Shown: in pieces, positions 1 to 8,954 of the stretch | Layout: every line of letters begins with the position of its first letter | Numbering within the stretch: position 1 is the stretch's first letter | NCBI GenBank assembly: GCA_938084645.1 | Contig: CALKEP010000016.1 | Location: forward strand, 1 to 22,037 | Source: an uncultured Phycisphaerales bacterium | Lineage (GTDB): Bacteria > Planctomycetota > Phycisphaerae > Phycisphaerales > SM1A02 | Length of the DNA: 22,037 nt | Direction of reading: 5' to 3' | Program-made: the position numbers and the translations under genes | Notes under the pieces: model-generated | What the model was told of the DNA's origin: nothing | The model's input: only the letters and a program-made list of their open reading frames with translations | Databases searched by the model: none

Positions 1-29
1 ACCGCGAGACTGGTTCCCGGAGCGACTCC

Positions 30-38
30 TGCTACAAT
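30..38 (+). promoter_or_regulatory. Extended -10 promoter (TGc-TACAAT) for tRNA-Ser
   Basis: TGCTACAAT at 30-38, 11 nt upstream of the mature tRNA 5' end. Confidence 0.7.
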
Positions 39-49
39 CCGCCCGCTCT

Positions 50-138
50 GGACAGGTGGCCGAGCGGCTGAAGGCACCGGTTTGCTAAACCGGCGTACCG
101 CGTCAGCGGTACCGCGGGTTCGAATCCCGCCCTGTCCG
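50..138 (+). tRNA. tRNA-Ser (anticodon GCT); CCA not encoded
   Basis: Acceptor stem GGACAGG/CCTGTCC plus discriminator G; D-arm TGGCCGAGCGGCTGAAGGC; anticodon arm CCGGT-TT-GCT-AA-ACCGG (GCT at 84-86); long variable arm GTACCGC-GTCA-GCGGTAC; T-arm GCGGG-TTCGAAT-CCCGC. Confidence 0.97.
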
Positions 139-152
139 TTCCCCGAATCCCC

Positions 153-187
153 ACGAAGGCACCGGTCCATCCGACCGGTGCCTTCGT
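153..187. terminator. 15-bp perfect hairpin between the convergent tRNA and mscS; probable terminator
   Basis: ACGAAGGCACCGGTC (153-167), loop CATCC, GACCGGTGCCTTCGT (173-187); no clear U-tract. Confidence 0.6.
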
Positions 188-246
188 CATGGACCAGACA
201 CGAAGTGCGGGGTCGCCGATCGGAGATGACGGGGCCGGCCGTCTCG

Positions 247-1593
247 TCAGGCGTCCTTCCCGTTCGCGGAGGCCTGCACCGGCCCGAACACCGCCGGGTC
301 GACGTCGAGTCGCCTCGCCTCGGGGTTGGGTTCCTGGAAGTCGCTCTCGCCCTGATAGACACGGAGGCCGAATGCCGGCAGCGTGCCGAGCAGCTGGTCG
401 AAGATCGTCGACTGGACCTCTTCAAACGCCGCCCAGGCGGTGTCGTCGACGAAACAGTAGAGCTCGAGCGGAAGGCCCTCCGCGGTGGGCTGGAGCTGGC
501 GGACCAGCATCGTGAAGCCCTGCTGATGGATCTTCGGATGCGCCTGGAGGTACGCAAGGATGTAGTGACGAAAGAGCCCGCTGTTCGTCGTTCGATCCCC
601 TCCGGCCCTCGAAGCGAGTTCGGCTCGATCGAGCTCGATCGCCCGGCTCACCAGCGGGATTCCCTCGAGACGATCCAGTTCGGCGGACGCGAGCGGGCGA
701 ATCGTCCGCTGGTCGAGCATGATCGATCGCTTGATCCGTCGCCCCCCCGCCTTGTACATCCCGCGGTAATTGACGAACGCCTCCTGGACGAGGAGGTAGG
801 TCGGGAGCACGGTGATCGTCTTGTCGAAGTTCTGGACCTTGACCACGTTCAGGGAGATCTCGATCACGTAGCCGTCGGCGCTGCTCGACGGGACATGGAT
901 CCAGTCGCCCACTCGGACGAGATCGCCCGTGGTCACCACGATGTTCGCGAACATCGAGAGGAGCGTGTCACGGAACACGATGAGGAGGATCGCCGACGCG
1001 GCTCCGATTCCCGTCAGGAAGTAGAGCGGCGATATGTCGAGAATCACCGAGACCATGATGACCAGCGCGGTGCCGTAGGCGAGAAACGCGCCGACCGAGA
1101 CATAGCCCATCAGCGCGCCGGGGCGGTCGACCGAGGGGAGACGCGAGTACACGATGTCGAGAAATCGCCCCGCCCGGACGAGCAACTGGGCGCAGAAGAA
1201 GACGAACATCGCGTCCACCACCCGGGTCGCTCCCTCTTCGTAGGCCGCCCCCACCTTCGGAAGGAGATCGACGACCACCCCGATGCACAGGATCGAGAGC
1301 ATCGTGGCGATGCTCGACAGGACTCCGGTGTCGATCAGGTCCTGGGGCTTCAACCACTTCGACCGACTGAACAGACGATTGCTGACGAGCGGGCGGATCA
1401 CCAGGAACCGGAAGACCAGATGCAGGACCCAGAGGAGCAGCAGCAGCGCCACCGTGACCACCCCGATGTACAGGAAGGGCGTGCCCTCGAGCGGTTTGAG
1501 CCATTCGCCCAGGGTCTCTTGAACGACCTCGGCCGAGTCGCCGAACGCGCCTTCGACCTTGTCCGGAATCGTCTTGTCGTCTTCGCTCGCCAT
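247..1593 (-). CDS. Mechanosensitive ion channel, MscS family (YbdG/MscM-like)
   Basis: Several TM helices, then LTGIGAASAILLIVFRDTLLS, GDWIHVP...ADGYV.EISLNVVKVQNFDKTI, GGRRIKRSI, GLPLELYCF; SD AGGAG at 1603-1599. Confidence 0.92.
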   Translation of the reverse strand: MASEDDKTIPDKVEGAFGDSAEVVQETLGEWLKPLEGTPFLYIGVVTVALLLLLWVLHLVFRFLVIRPLVSNRLFSRSKWLKPQDLIDTGVLSSIATMLSILCIGVVVDLLPKVGAAYEEGATRVVDAMFVFFCAQLLVRAGRFLDIVYSRLPSVDRPGALMGYVSVGAFLAYGTALVIMVSVILDISPLYFLTGIGAASAILLIVFRDTLLSMFANIVVTTGDLVRVGDWIHVPSSSADGYVIEISLNVVKVQNFDKTITVLPTYLLVQEAFVNYRGMYKAGGRRIKRSIMLDQRTIRPLASAELDRLEGIPLVSRAIELDRAELASRAGGDRTTNSGLFRHYILAYLQAHPKIHQQGFTMLVRQLQPTAEGLPLELYCFVDDTAWAAFEEVQSTIFDQLLGTLPAFGLRVYQGESDFQEPNPEARRLDVDPAVFGPVQASANGKDA

Positions 1594-1627
1594 CGCTTCT
1601 CCTCGGGATCGATCATCGCGTCATGAA

Positions 1628-1633
1628 AAGGTA
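1628..1633 (-). promoter_or_regulatory. Putative -10 box (TACCTT) of mscS
   Basis: gcggTACCTT about 35 nt upstream of the ATG; same context as the folD -10 box (gcggTATCCT). Confidence 0.5.
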
Positions 1634-1728
1634 CCGCCTCGCCCACCTCGCGGCCCGCCCGAGATCCACTCTTTGGATGAATCAGGCGGCGGCCGTCGAA
1701 TCCCACGCGCTCGAGCCCTGGATCGCCC

Positions 1729-3321
1729 CTATCGAATCCGGTAGGACGCAGGCCACCAGTCGGGCCGCTCCAGACCGAATCGTGACCGAAGCACCGATTC
1801 CGTCGTGTCCAGCGTGCTCATCACCCAACCCTGGATCCGGCTGGTGGCCTGCCCCACGCAGTACACGTCGCGACCGGCGATCGGCTGACGGGCCCCGGCG
1901 ACGATCCTGGAAGGTTCGAACCCCGGTCGCCACATGTTCCATCCGTGACCGACCGCCCCGCCGGCGAACCTGCGGAAGAGGATCTCCGACGGCTTTGGAA
2001 TCTCGATTCCGTGCATCTGTCGAAGCTGGCGATGGATCGTCGCTCCGGCGAGCGAGTCACCGGCTCCGCGGTGGCCCGATGCGGGCAGCAACGGCGACCA
2101 GAAGCCCGAGTCGTACCCGCCGGCGACGTAGGGGCTCAGGGTGAGGCCACGACCGCTGGGATCACCCAGATAGAACACCTGTCGAATGGGGAGATCCGTG
2201 ATCGAGCGGCCCGATGGGATGTCCATCGACTTCCACCACTGGTTCGGGAAGTTGACGTAGATCTTGGTGGCGGGCACCGGAAGCATCGCGGTGCACATCG
2301 CGGTGAGCGGATTGCTTCCTCGAAGCGGACAATCGTCGGGCAGCAGGTCGTAGGCCGACATCGGGAGCGTCACGACGACCTTCCTGGCCTTCCGGACCGA
2401 TGTCCGCCCGTCCGCGCCCCGGAACGTCACCGCGGTCAGCTCGCCGTCGAACCGGAGATCGACCATCTCGGATTTCATCCGAAATTCGACGCCCTGCTTT
2501 CGGGCCCGCTCGGCCAGTCCGAGCGGCACCTGCTGGTATCCGCCACGCACGTGGCGGTAGCCCCCGATGAAGAGGTCCAGCATCGCCTCCTTCAGGAAGA
2601 TCGCGGCACTGGTGTTGGGCCTTCCGTATCCCATCGCGAACACGAGCATCCGGGCCGCTTCGTGGCCGAGGATGTCCTCGAAGACCCACTCGTACGGCAG
2701 ATCGCGGAGGAGGTGCCCTTGATACCGCAGGTCGTCGACGATGACGTGGACTTCCTCCCGTGACCAGTCGGCGCGCCCGGTCGCCTTCTTCACGACGATG
2801 TCGAAGAGTTCCGAGACCGTCCGACCACGAAGGTCCTTGCGGACCTGGAACCCGGAGCTCGGCCCGGCGACCAGTTTCGAAGCCCGCGTTCGGATGCCTC
2901 GGGCGTAGTACAGGTCCCTCGGCGTGGTGGCCGGATAGGGATCGACGGACAATCCCAGCGCCGCGACCAGCCCGAGGAGCGGCGTCTGGTCGTCCGCGAT
3001 CCGCATCCCACCGAGTTCGGCGACCTGGCTCGTCATGCCTTCGGGCTTGACCGACCACAGGCGTCCCCCGATCCGATCCCCTCGCTCGTGCAACTCGATT
3101 CGACGCTCCGGCGACGCCTCCGCGAGCCGCGATGCGACATAGCACCCCGACACCCCACCACCCACCACCAGCACGTCGAGCGTCTCTCGATCGACATGAA
3201 CCCGGCGTGGAACCACGGCGGGCAGCACGCTCATTGAAATCCCCCCCGCGAGAACCTCGCGTCGCGTCAGTCCCTCCGAGCCTCGACGGTCGCCGGTCTC
3301 TCCACCCTTGATCTTCGACAT
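1729..3321 (-). CDS. FAD-dependent amine/L-amino-acid oxidase family protein with a putative Tat signal
   Basis: VLVVGGGVSG Rossmann motif; ERGDRIGGRL and ELGGMRI motifs; TKIYVNF...WW; C-terminal VGQAT...QGWV; N-terminal LTRREVL; SD GGGAG. Confidence 0.85.
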   Translation of the reverse strand: MSKIKGGETGDRRGSEGLTRREVLAGGISMSVLPAVVPRRVHVDRETLDVLVVGGGVSGCYVASRLAEASPERRIELHERGDRIGGRLWSVKPEGMTSQVAELGGMRIADDQTPLLGLVAALGLSVDPYPATTPRDLYYARGIRTRASKLVAGPSSGFQVRKDLRGRTVSELFDIVVKKATGRADWSREEVHVIVDDLRYQGHLLRDLPYEWVFEDILGHEAARMLVFAMGYGRPNTSAAIFLKEAMLDLFIGGYRHVRGGYQQVPLGLAERARKQGVEFRMKSEMVDLRFDGELTAVTFRGADGRTSVRKARKVVVTLPMSAYDLLPDDCPLRGSNPLTAMCTAMLPVPATKIYVNFPNQWWKSMDIPSGRSITDLPIRQVFYLGDPSGRGLTLSPYVAGGYDSGFWSPLLPASGHRGAGDSLAGATIHRQLRQMHGIEIPKPSEILFRRFAGGAVGHGWNMWRPGFEPSRIVAGARQPIAGRDVYCVGQATSRIQGWVMSTLDTTESVLRSRFGLERPDWWPASYRIR

Positions 3322-3470
3322 CGATGCTCCCTTCGTAGCCGCACGCGATCAGGGGTTCGAAACCCGAGCGTGTGACTCGATCATGGACAACCCGGGTCGA
3401 GCGCCCACCAGGCGTTCCCCTCCGGATCGTTGAAGCGACGAAGTCGAAACCTCGGGCGACCGGGGATTCG

Positions 3471-3476
3471 AGTCTA
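3471..3476 (-). promoter_or_regulatory. Putative -10 box (TAGACT) of the oxidase gene, implying a ~140-nt leader
   Basis: Only TAnnnT I found on the minus strand of the 3322-3508 intergenic region. Confidence 0.45.
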
Positions 3477-3508
3477 GTTGTTTCGGCGGATGGCGGTGGT
3501 CGGACCGG

Positions 3509-6500
3509 TCAACCGGACTCCGGGACGATCTCCCGCGATCGCTCGAGCCGTCCCCGAAGCCGCCTTCGCAACACGGTCGCCAGGCTCTCCGGTTCGAGGA
3601 ACGCCACCGGCGGCCGGAAGTAGACCTCGACCTCCGCCCCTTCCGTCGCCTCGACCGTCCCGCCCGCCCCGTCGGGCGCGATCATCCGGACCGAACCCTG
3701 CACACCCTCGAGCGCCGCCTGCAGTTCCGCGGGCGCCGCGGTGCGGAAGATGACGTCCCGGTCCTTGACGAAGAGGGACTTCACACCGAGAAGCGCCGAC
3801 GCCAGACGGATCTCCGCCACCTCGACGTGACGACGGGTCGCGGTCGGGATCTCGCCGTAGGCGTTCTCCAGATCGCTCACCACGGCATCCAGCGACTCGA
3901 GTCGATCCGCCTCCCCGATCTTCCGGTACGCCTCCATGCGACGCTGGTCGTTCGGAATGTACCCCTTCGGGATCGACCCTTCGAGACCGATCTCGATCGT
4001 GGTGTCGCCCGCCACCACGCGACGATCCTGCTTGATGTCGCGGACCGCGTCCTCCAGCATCCGGCAGTACATGTCGTAGCCGACCGACGCGATGTGACCG
4101 CTCTGCTCGGCCCCGAGCAGATTGCCGGCGCCGCGGATCTCGAGATCACGCATGGCGATCCGGAAGCCCGCCCCGAGCATCGAGTAGTCCTCGATCGCCT
4201 TCAATCGCCGGAGCGCATCTTCGGTCATTCGGCGCTCCGCCGGAAGGAGCAGGTAGCAGTAGGCGCGATGCCGACTGCGGCCGACCCGGCCGCGGAGCTG
4301 GTGGAGCTGGGCGAGACCGAACCGGTTCGCGTCGTGCACGAACATGGTGTTCGCACTGGGAATGTCCATCCCGCTCTCGATGATCGTGGTGCTCACCAGA
4401 ATGTCCGCCTCGCGGCGGATGAAGGCGAGCATCACCCTTTCGAGTTCGCCGTCGGTCATCCGACCGTGACCGACGAGGACGCGGGCGTCGGGCGCGAGCT
4501 TCCGGATCTCGTCGGCGAAGGACTCGATGTCGTGAACCCGGTTGTGGACGAAGAAGATCTGCCCCTCCCGGGCGAGTTCGCGTCGGATCGCCTGGGACAG
4601 CCGGCGTTCGTTCCACGGGATCACCTCGGTGACGATCGCCCGCCGATCGAGCGGCGGCGTGGTGAGGCTCGAGATGTCCCGGAGTCCGAGCATCGCCATG
4701 TGCAGCGTGCGTGGAATCGGGGTGGCGCTCAGGGTGAGGACGTCCGCCACGGTCCGCGCCGCCAGCAACCGCTGCTTGTGTTCGACGCCGAACCGCTGCT
4801 CCTCGTCGATCACGATGAGCCCCAGGTCCTTGAACCAGACGTCCTTCGAGAGGAGGCGGTGCGTGCCGATCACGATGTCGATGCGGCCCGCCTTGAGATC
4901 GGCGAGCAGCTTCTTCTCCTCGGCCCCGCTCTTGAAGCGACTGATCGACTCGATTCGGAACGGATACGCCTTGAACCGGCTTCGGAAGGTCCGCTCGTGC
5001 TGCTCCGCGAGCACCGTGGTCGGGACCAGGACCGCCACCTGCTTCCCGAACTCGGCGGCCTTGAAGGCGGCCCGGATCGCGACCTCGGTCTTGCCGAAGC
5101 CGACGTCTCCGCAGATGAGCCGGTCCATCGGCATGCTGGACGCCATGTCCCGCTTGATCGCGGCGATCGCGGTGACCTGATCCTCGGTCTCCTCGTACGG
5201 GAACTCGGCTTCGAACTCACGCTGCCAGTCGGTATCCGCGGGGAACCGAATCCCCGGGGTCGCGGATCGCGCCGCCTGTACCCGGAGCATCTCCCCCGCC
5301 AGATCGCGAACCGCGTCCTCGACCTGGGCCATCTGACGCTTCCACCGCTTTCCACCCAGCAGTGAGAGCGGCGGCGCGGTCGCGCTGCCCGCCCCGATGT
5401 ACTTCTGGACGAGTTCGATCCGGCTCAGCGGGACATGGAGATGCGAGCCCCCGTCGAATTCGAGCGTCACGACCTCCTGGTCGGGCTGATCCTTCTTCGG
5501 GAGACTTCCGAGTCCGATGAAGCGGGCGATTCCGTGGTCGCGGTGCACGACGAGATCGCCCGGCTCGAAGCGCAGGAAGTCCTGTCGGGCCGCACCGGTG
5601 CGGATCCGGCTCCCACGACGCCGAACGCCCCAGCGATTGAGCAGTTCGTGGAACGGCACGATCGCGAGCCCGCGCTCCGCATCCTCGTCCCCGGGCCAGA
5701 TGAAGCCACGATGCACGTGACGTCGCTCGATGCGAACCCGTTCCGCCCCGGGAACCTCGTCCGCGCGTCGACGGTCGATGAGCTCGGTCGCTCGATCCCG
5801 CTCGCCGTCGGTGGAGCAGACCAGGGCCACGTCGTGGGTCTCCGCGAGCTGCATCAGTTCATCGATCGCGCCGACCACCTCCTCGGGGAACGGCGGCAGA
5901 GGCGAGGGATCGAGATCCACCATCCGTTCCACGGCACCGCTGGCGGAGAACTCGTTCACGTCGAGCATGCAACGGGCGTGATCACGCAGCGCCTTGAGCG
6001 TCGCGGGTGGTCCCTCGACGCCGCCGCCCTCCCGCACACGTTCCCAGTATCCGCGGCCCTGTTCGACGATCTCACCGAGCTCGGCGAGCACCACGGTGGT
6101 CGTCTTCGGCAGGAAACCCATCAGCGGAACGGTGCCCTCGCCGAGCAGTCCATCGGTCCGGCCGATCAACTGGATCGAGTCGACGCGTCGATCGATGGCC
6201 TGGGACGCGGGGTCGATCTCGTTGATCCGCTCGATCTCGTCACCGAAGAGATCCAACCGGACCGGCAGCCCACCGCCCGGGGGGAAGAGATCGAGCAGTC
6301 CGCCCCGGACGGCGAATTCGCCCGGCGTCTCGACCACGTCGGTCCGTGCCCAACCCGCTTCGGTGAGCCACGCCGAGAATTCGGCGAGATCGAGGGACTC
6401 GCCCGGGCGGATCACCCGCAACCGGTCGGGCAGATCCAACGCCGCGGGAACGCCCTGCATGAGACCCGGGAAGGGTGCGACGATGATGGCCGGCGGTTCC

Positions 6501-6871
6501 TCCTCGATGATCCGACGGAGCAGCCCGAGTCGGGCTCCCACGAGGTCGAGGGAGGCGTCGCTCTCCCCCGGCATCACCTCGAGCGCGGGAAACGCCGTGG
6601 CGTCGAACCCCAGATCGAGCAGCTCGTCGACCGCCTCCTCGGCGTCATCGAGATGTGGCACCACCAGCAGCACGGGCCCGGGCGCCGAACGCGACACGAC
6701 ACCGGCGAGAAGGGTGGTGCTGCTTCCCGCGGCGCCGCGGGCGGACACGTCGCCGCCGAGTCCGATCAACTCGCCGAGCGCCGACAGCGACGGCGCCGCG
6801 GCCATTCGATCGAACCACCACGCGTCCGTCGGGACCTCGCTGGAATCGGTGGAGCCCCTGGGGCTGGTCAT
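3509..6871 (-). CDS. mfd: Transcription-repair coupling factor Mfd
   Basis: UvrB-homology region (GEFAVRGGLLDLFP); RID (GDLVVHRDHGIARF); FPYEETEDQ, GDVGFGKT, DEEQRFG, SATPIPRTL, QLRGRVGR, RDLEIRGAGNLLG; 1120 aa. Confidence 0.98.
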   Translation of the reverse strand: MTSPRGSTDSSEVPTDAWWFDRMAAAPSLSALGELIGLGGDVSARGAAGSSTTLLAGVVSRSAPGPVLLVVPHLDDAEEAVDELLDLGFDATAFPALEVMPGESDASLDLVGARLGLLRRIIEEEPPAIIVAPFPGLMQGVPAALDLPDRLRVIRPGESLDLAEFSAWLTEAGWARTDVVETPGEFAVRGGLLDLFPPGGGLPVRLDLFGDEIERINEIDPASQAIDRRVDSIQLIGRTDGLLGEGTVPLMGFLPKTTTVVLAELGEIVEQGRGYWERVREGGGVEGPPATLKALRDHARCMLDVNEFSASGAVERMVDLDPSPLPPFPEEVVGAIDELMQLAETHDVALVCSTDGERDRATELIDRRRADEVPGAERVRIERRHVHRGFIWPGDEDAERGLAIVPFHELLNRWGVRRRGSRIRTGAARQDFLRFEPGDLVVHRDHGIARFIGLGSLPKKDQPDQEVVTLEFDGGSHLHVPLSRIELVQKYIGAGSATAPPLSLLGGKRWKRQMAQVEDAVRDLAGEMLRVQAARSATPGIRFPADTDWQREFEAEFPYEETEDQVTAIAAIKRDMASSMPMDRLICGDVGFGKTEVAIRAAFKAAEFGKQVAVLVPTTVLAEQHERTFRSRFKAYPFRIESISRFKSGAEEKKLLADLKAGRIDIVIGTHRLLSKDVWFKDLGLIVIDEEQRFGVEHKQRLLAARTVADVLTLSATPIPRTLHMAMLGLRDISSLTTPPLDRRAIVTEVIPWNERRLSQAIRRELAREGQIFFVHNRVHDIESFADEIRKLAPDARVLVGHGRMTDGELERVMLAFIRREADILVSTTIIESGMDIPSANTMFVHDANRFGLAQLHQLRGRVGRSRHRAYCYLLLPAERRMTEDALRRLKAIEDYSMLGAGFRIAMRDLEIRGAGNLLGAEQSGHIASVGYDMYCRMLEDAVRDIKQDRRVVAGDTTIEIGLEGSIPKGYIPNDQRRMEAYRKIGEADRLESLDAVVSDLENAYGEIPTATRRHVEVAEIRLASALLGVKSLFVKDRDVIFRTAAPAELQAALEGVQGSVRMIAPDGAGGTVEATEGAEVEVYFRPPVAFLEPESLATVLRRRLRGRLERSREIVPESG

Positions 6872-7257
6872 GGCGATCCCTCACCACGCGGCACGGCGGG
6901 GTGGACGAGCATCGGCGCCGCGCGTCGTGCGGTGACGGGGCCGACACCGGGAACCGCTTCGAGATCCCAGGGTCCCCCGCCGTCGAATCCTCCCGCGCGT
7001 CGGTGAAGCTCGAGACGACGCCCGATCGCCGGCCCGATCCCGGGGACGAGCGTCCAGGTCGCGGCGGAGGCCGTCCGAGGATCGATTCGCACGAATCTCG
7101 TCCGGTCCAGGGCCGTCTCCGCGGGCCGGGTGGTCGAGGATGTCCCGTATCTCAACGGCAGCGACAGCAGCGCCATCAGTCCGACCACGGACACGAGACG
7201 AAGGGCGGATTTGGCGTCTTTCATGGCCCGGGCGTCGTGATCGACCGGATCACGCAT
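6868..7257 (-). CDS. ComEA-like helix-hairpin-helix DNA-binding protein with an N-terminal hydrophobic anchor (start 7257 or 7224)
   Basis: RIDPRTASAATWTLVPGIGPAIGRR...DLEAVPGVGPVTARR is a tandem HhH; hydrophobic stretch LVSVVGLMALLSLPL; ATGA overlap with mfd and ATGCGTGA overlap with the upstream gene. Confidence 0.75.
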   Translation of the reverse strand: MRDPVDHDARAMKDAKSALRLVSVVGLMALLSLPLRYGTSSTTRPAETALDRTRFVRIDPRTASAATWTLVPGIGPAIGRRLELHRRAGGFDGGGPWDLEAVPGVGPVTARRAAPMLVHPAVPRGEGSP

Positions 7258-8806
7258 CCGAACGGTCCGAGCCGTCGCCGGTCTGCGCGGGTGGATGCGC
7301 ACTGGGCGGCACCCACGGCCCGAGCGGTCGCCGAAGACGCCGTCGCATCGAGACCAGACGCGCAAACGCAGGACGCGGCGTTCCGTCCTCTTCCACGATT
7401 CCGAACCCCGACTCCCCACCGGGATCGGGGGTCGCATTGTCGGTGTGGGCCGACCAGCAGATCGCCTCGACATAGGGCTTCGAGAGCGCCATCGGGATCA
7501 CCTTCGCCGCCCATGAGGCCTGACGCTCGGGCGTCCAGGCCTCACCCCATCGCCCCGCGCCTTCGCCGAGATTGCGGCAGGGCGCCCCGCACGCGGAGAG
7601 GAGCAGCGGGTGCTCGTCGCCGAAGAATCGGTCGAGCGAGTCACTCAACGTCATCAGATCGCGACTGCGGGTTCCAGGCTCGGTTCCACCCACGATCAGT
7701 CGGGCACCGATGCTGTCGAATCGGAGCCCCTCCGCGCCGAGCCGTTCGAGGAACTCGAACGCCCCGATCGAACCGCTCACCCGGGCGGTGGTGTCGCCGA
7801 AGAGGTCGTGGACCTCGATCATGCGACGTGCGGTGCGCTTGTGACGCCGAATGAGCAGCTCCGCGGTCCGGATCGCGTCGATGACCTCGCTGATCGGGCG
7901 CGGACCGCCGCGACAGAGGTGGAGTCCTGCGGAGATCTTCCACATCGCGACGTGCTTGATGTACCGGGCGACGACCTGCTCGAGGTAGTCGTAGAGCGGA
8001 TCCCGCAGCGAGGCGTAGTCGAACCGAAAGACCTCCGCCCAGTCCGGCAGCGCGCCCGGCGCGAAATCGACGAGCGGGCCGGCGATGATGGGCTTGCCCG
8101 TCTCGTGCGCCCAACTCAGCCACCGATCGAGGGCGGAGAAGTCGTACTTCCCGCGCTTCACCTCGATCTCCCGCCACCGCATGGGCACGGTCACGAGGTC
8201 GAAGGCCTCGAGCGTCGGACCGATCAGGGCGGGGTCGGTCCGGGGATCGATGATCGTCCCGAGGGTCGTCGAGGAGGCGGTCTTCTTCCCGTAGCGTCGG
8301 TGAAGCAGGATGTCCGCGTGGGCCATCGCGAGTTCGTCGGTCGCCTGCATCCCGAGATCGATCGCGCTGGCGGCGAGCAGGCCCTCGGCATCGAAATCCG
8401 AGGCGACGAGGGCTTCGGTGAACGCGTTCCGAGCCCGCTCGAAGTGTTCGGCCGCGAACGGTGCGAAGCCCGGGTTGAACATCAACCAGTCCTCGCACTT
8501 GTGGATGTAGGTCTTCATCCGGTGCCTGGCGAGCTCGAGTGCGAGGTCGTAGGGCTTCTCACGGGGTGGAAGCAGGCAGGTCTGGAGAATCAGGTCGCCG
8601 GCCCGGCCGATGTCCGCCTGGATGCGGAAGGCCGCGTCGGGGACGTCCTTGGTGCGGATGTGGAAGGTGCCACCCTGATCTTCGGCCTCGAACCGGATGT
8701 CCGCCCGCATACTGGCGTCCCCGGGCCCGAGCATGCGTGCTCCGACCGGTGGACGACCAACGCGGATCCCGGTCCGCTCGTCAAGCTTGAATCGGAACTC
8801 CGCCAC
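7250..8806 (-). CDS. GH10-like TIM-barrel protein with an N-terminal extension, apparently lacking the catalytic glutamates
   Basis: VPMRWREIEVKRGKYDFSALDRWLSWAHETGKPIIAGPLV...LPDW...YLEQVVARY resembles the GH10 N-terminal half; C-terminal VEAICW...GIVEEDGTPRPAF; GTG at 8806 preceded by SD GGAG (8815-8812). Confidence 0.7.
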   Translation of the reverse strand: MAEFRFKLDERTGIRVGRPPVGARMLGPGDASMRADIRFEAEDQGGTFHIRTKDVPDAAFRIQADIGRAGDLILQTCLLPPREKPYDLALELARHRMKTYIHKCEDWLMFNPGFAPFAAEHFERARNAFTEALVASDFDAEGLLAASAIDLGMQATDELAMAHADILLHRRYGKKTASSTTLGTIIDPRTDPALIGPTLEAFDLVTVPMRWREIEVKRGKYDFSALDRWLSWAHETGKPIIAGPLVDFAPGALPDWAEVFRFDYASLRDPLYDYLEQVVARYIKHVAMWKISAGLHLCRGGPRPISEVIDAIRTAELLIRRHKRTARRMIEVHDLFGDTTARVSGSIGAFEFLERLGAEGLRFDSIGARLIVGGTEPGTRSRDLMTLSDSLDRFFGDEHPLLLSACGAPCRNLGEGAGRWGEAWTPERQASWAAKVIPMALSKPYVEAICWSAHTDNATPDPGGESGFGIVEEDGTPRPAFARLVSMRRRLRRPLGPWVPPSAHPPAQTGDGSDRSDA

Positions 8807-8850
8807 GCCGACTCCATGAGAAAAGGTGACGGATCTGTCACCCGGGCCGA

Positions 8851-8856
8851 AGTGTA
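8851..8856 (-). promoter_or_regulatory. Putative -10 box (TACACT) for the GH10-like–comEA-like–mfd run
   Basis: ccggTACACT about 45 nt upstream of the GTG start. Confidence 0.55.
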
Positions 8857-8942
8857 CCGGACACCGGGCTCCGGCTCCGGATTCCAGCGAAACTCCCGAT
8901 CGGGATCTCGCGTCGCTTCGACCCCGGCGGAGCGGACGGGCG

Positions 8943-8948
8943 TAGAAT
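8943..8948 (+). promoter_or_regulatory. -10 box (TAGAAT) of a probably leaderless purC
   Basis: TAGAAT, 6 nt, ATG; no SD. Confidence 0.65.
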
Positions 8949-8954
8949 CCCGAC

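Noticed and set aside
3353..3365. GGGTTCGAAACCC matches the tRNA T-arm (116-128) at 12 of 13 nt, so it could be a decayed att site enclosing mscS and the oxidase
   Set aside because: Too short, the acceptor-stem 3' end is not duplicated, there is no integrase or obvious compositional shift, and GTTCGAAACCC also occurs at 10133-10143.
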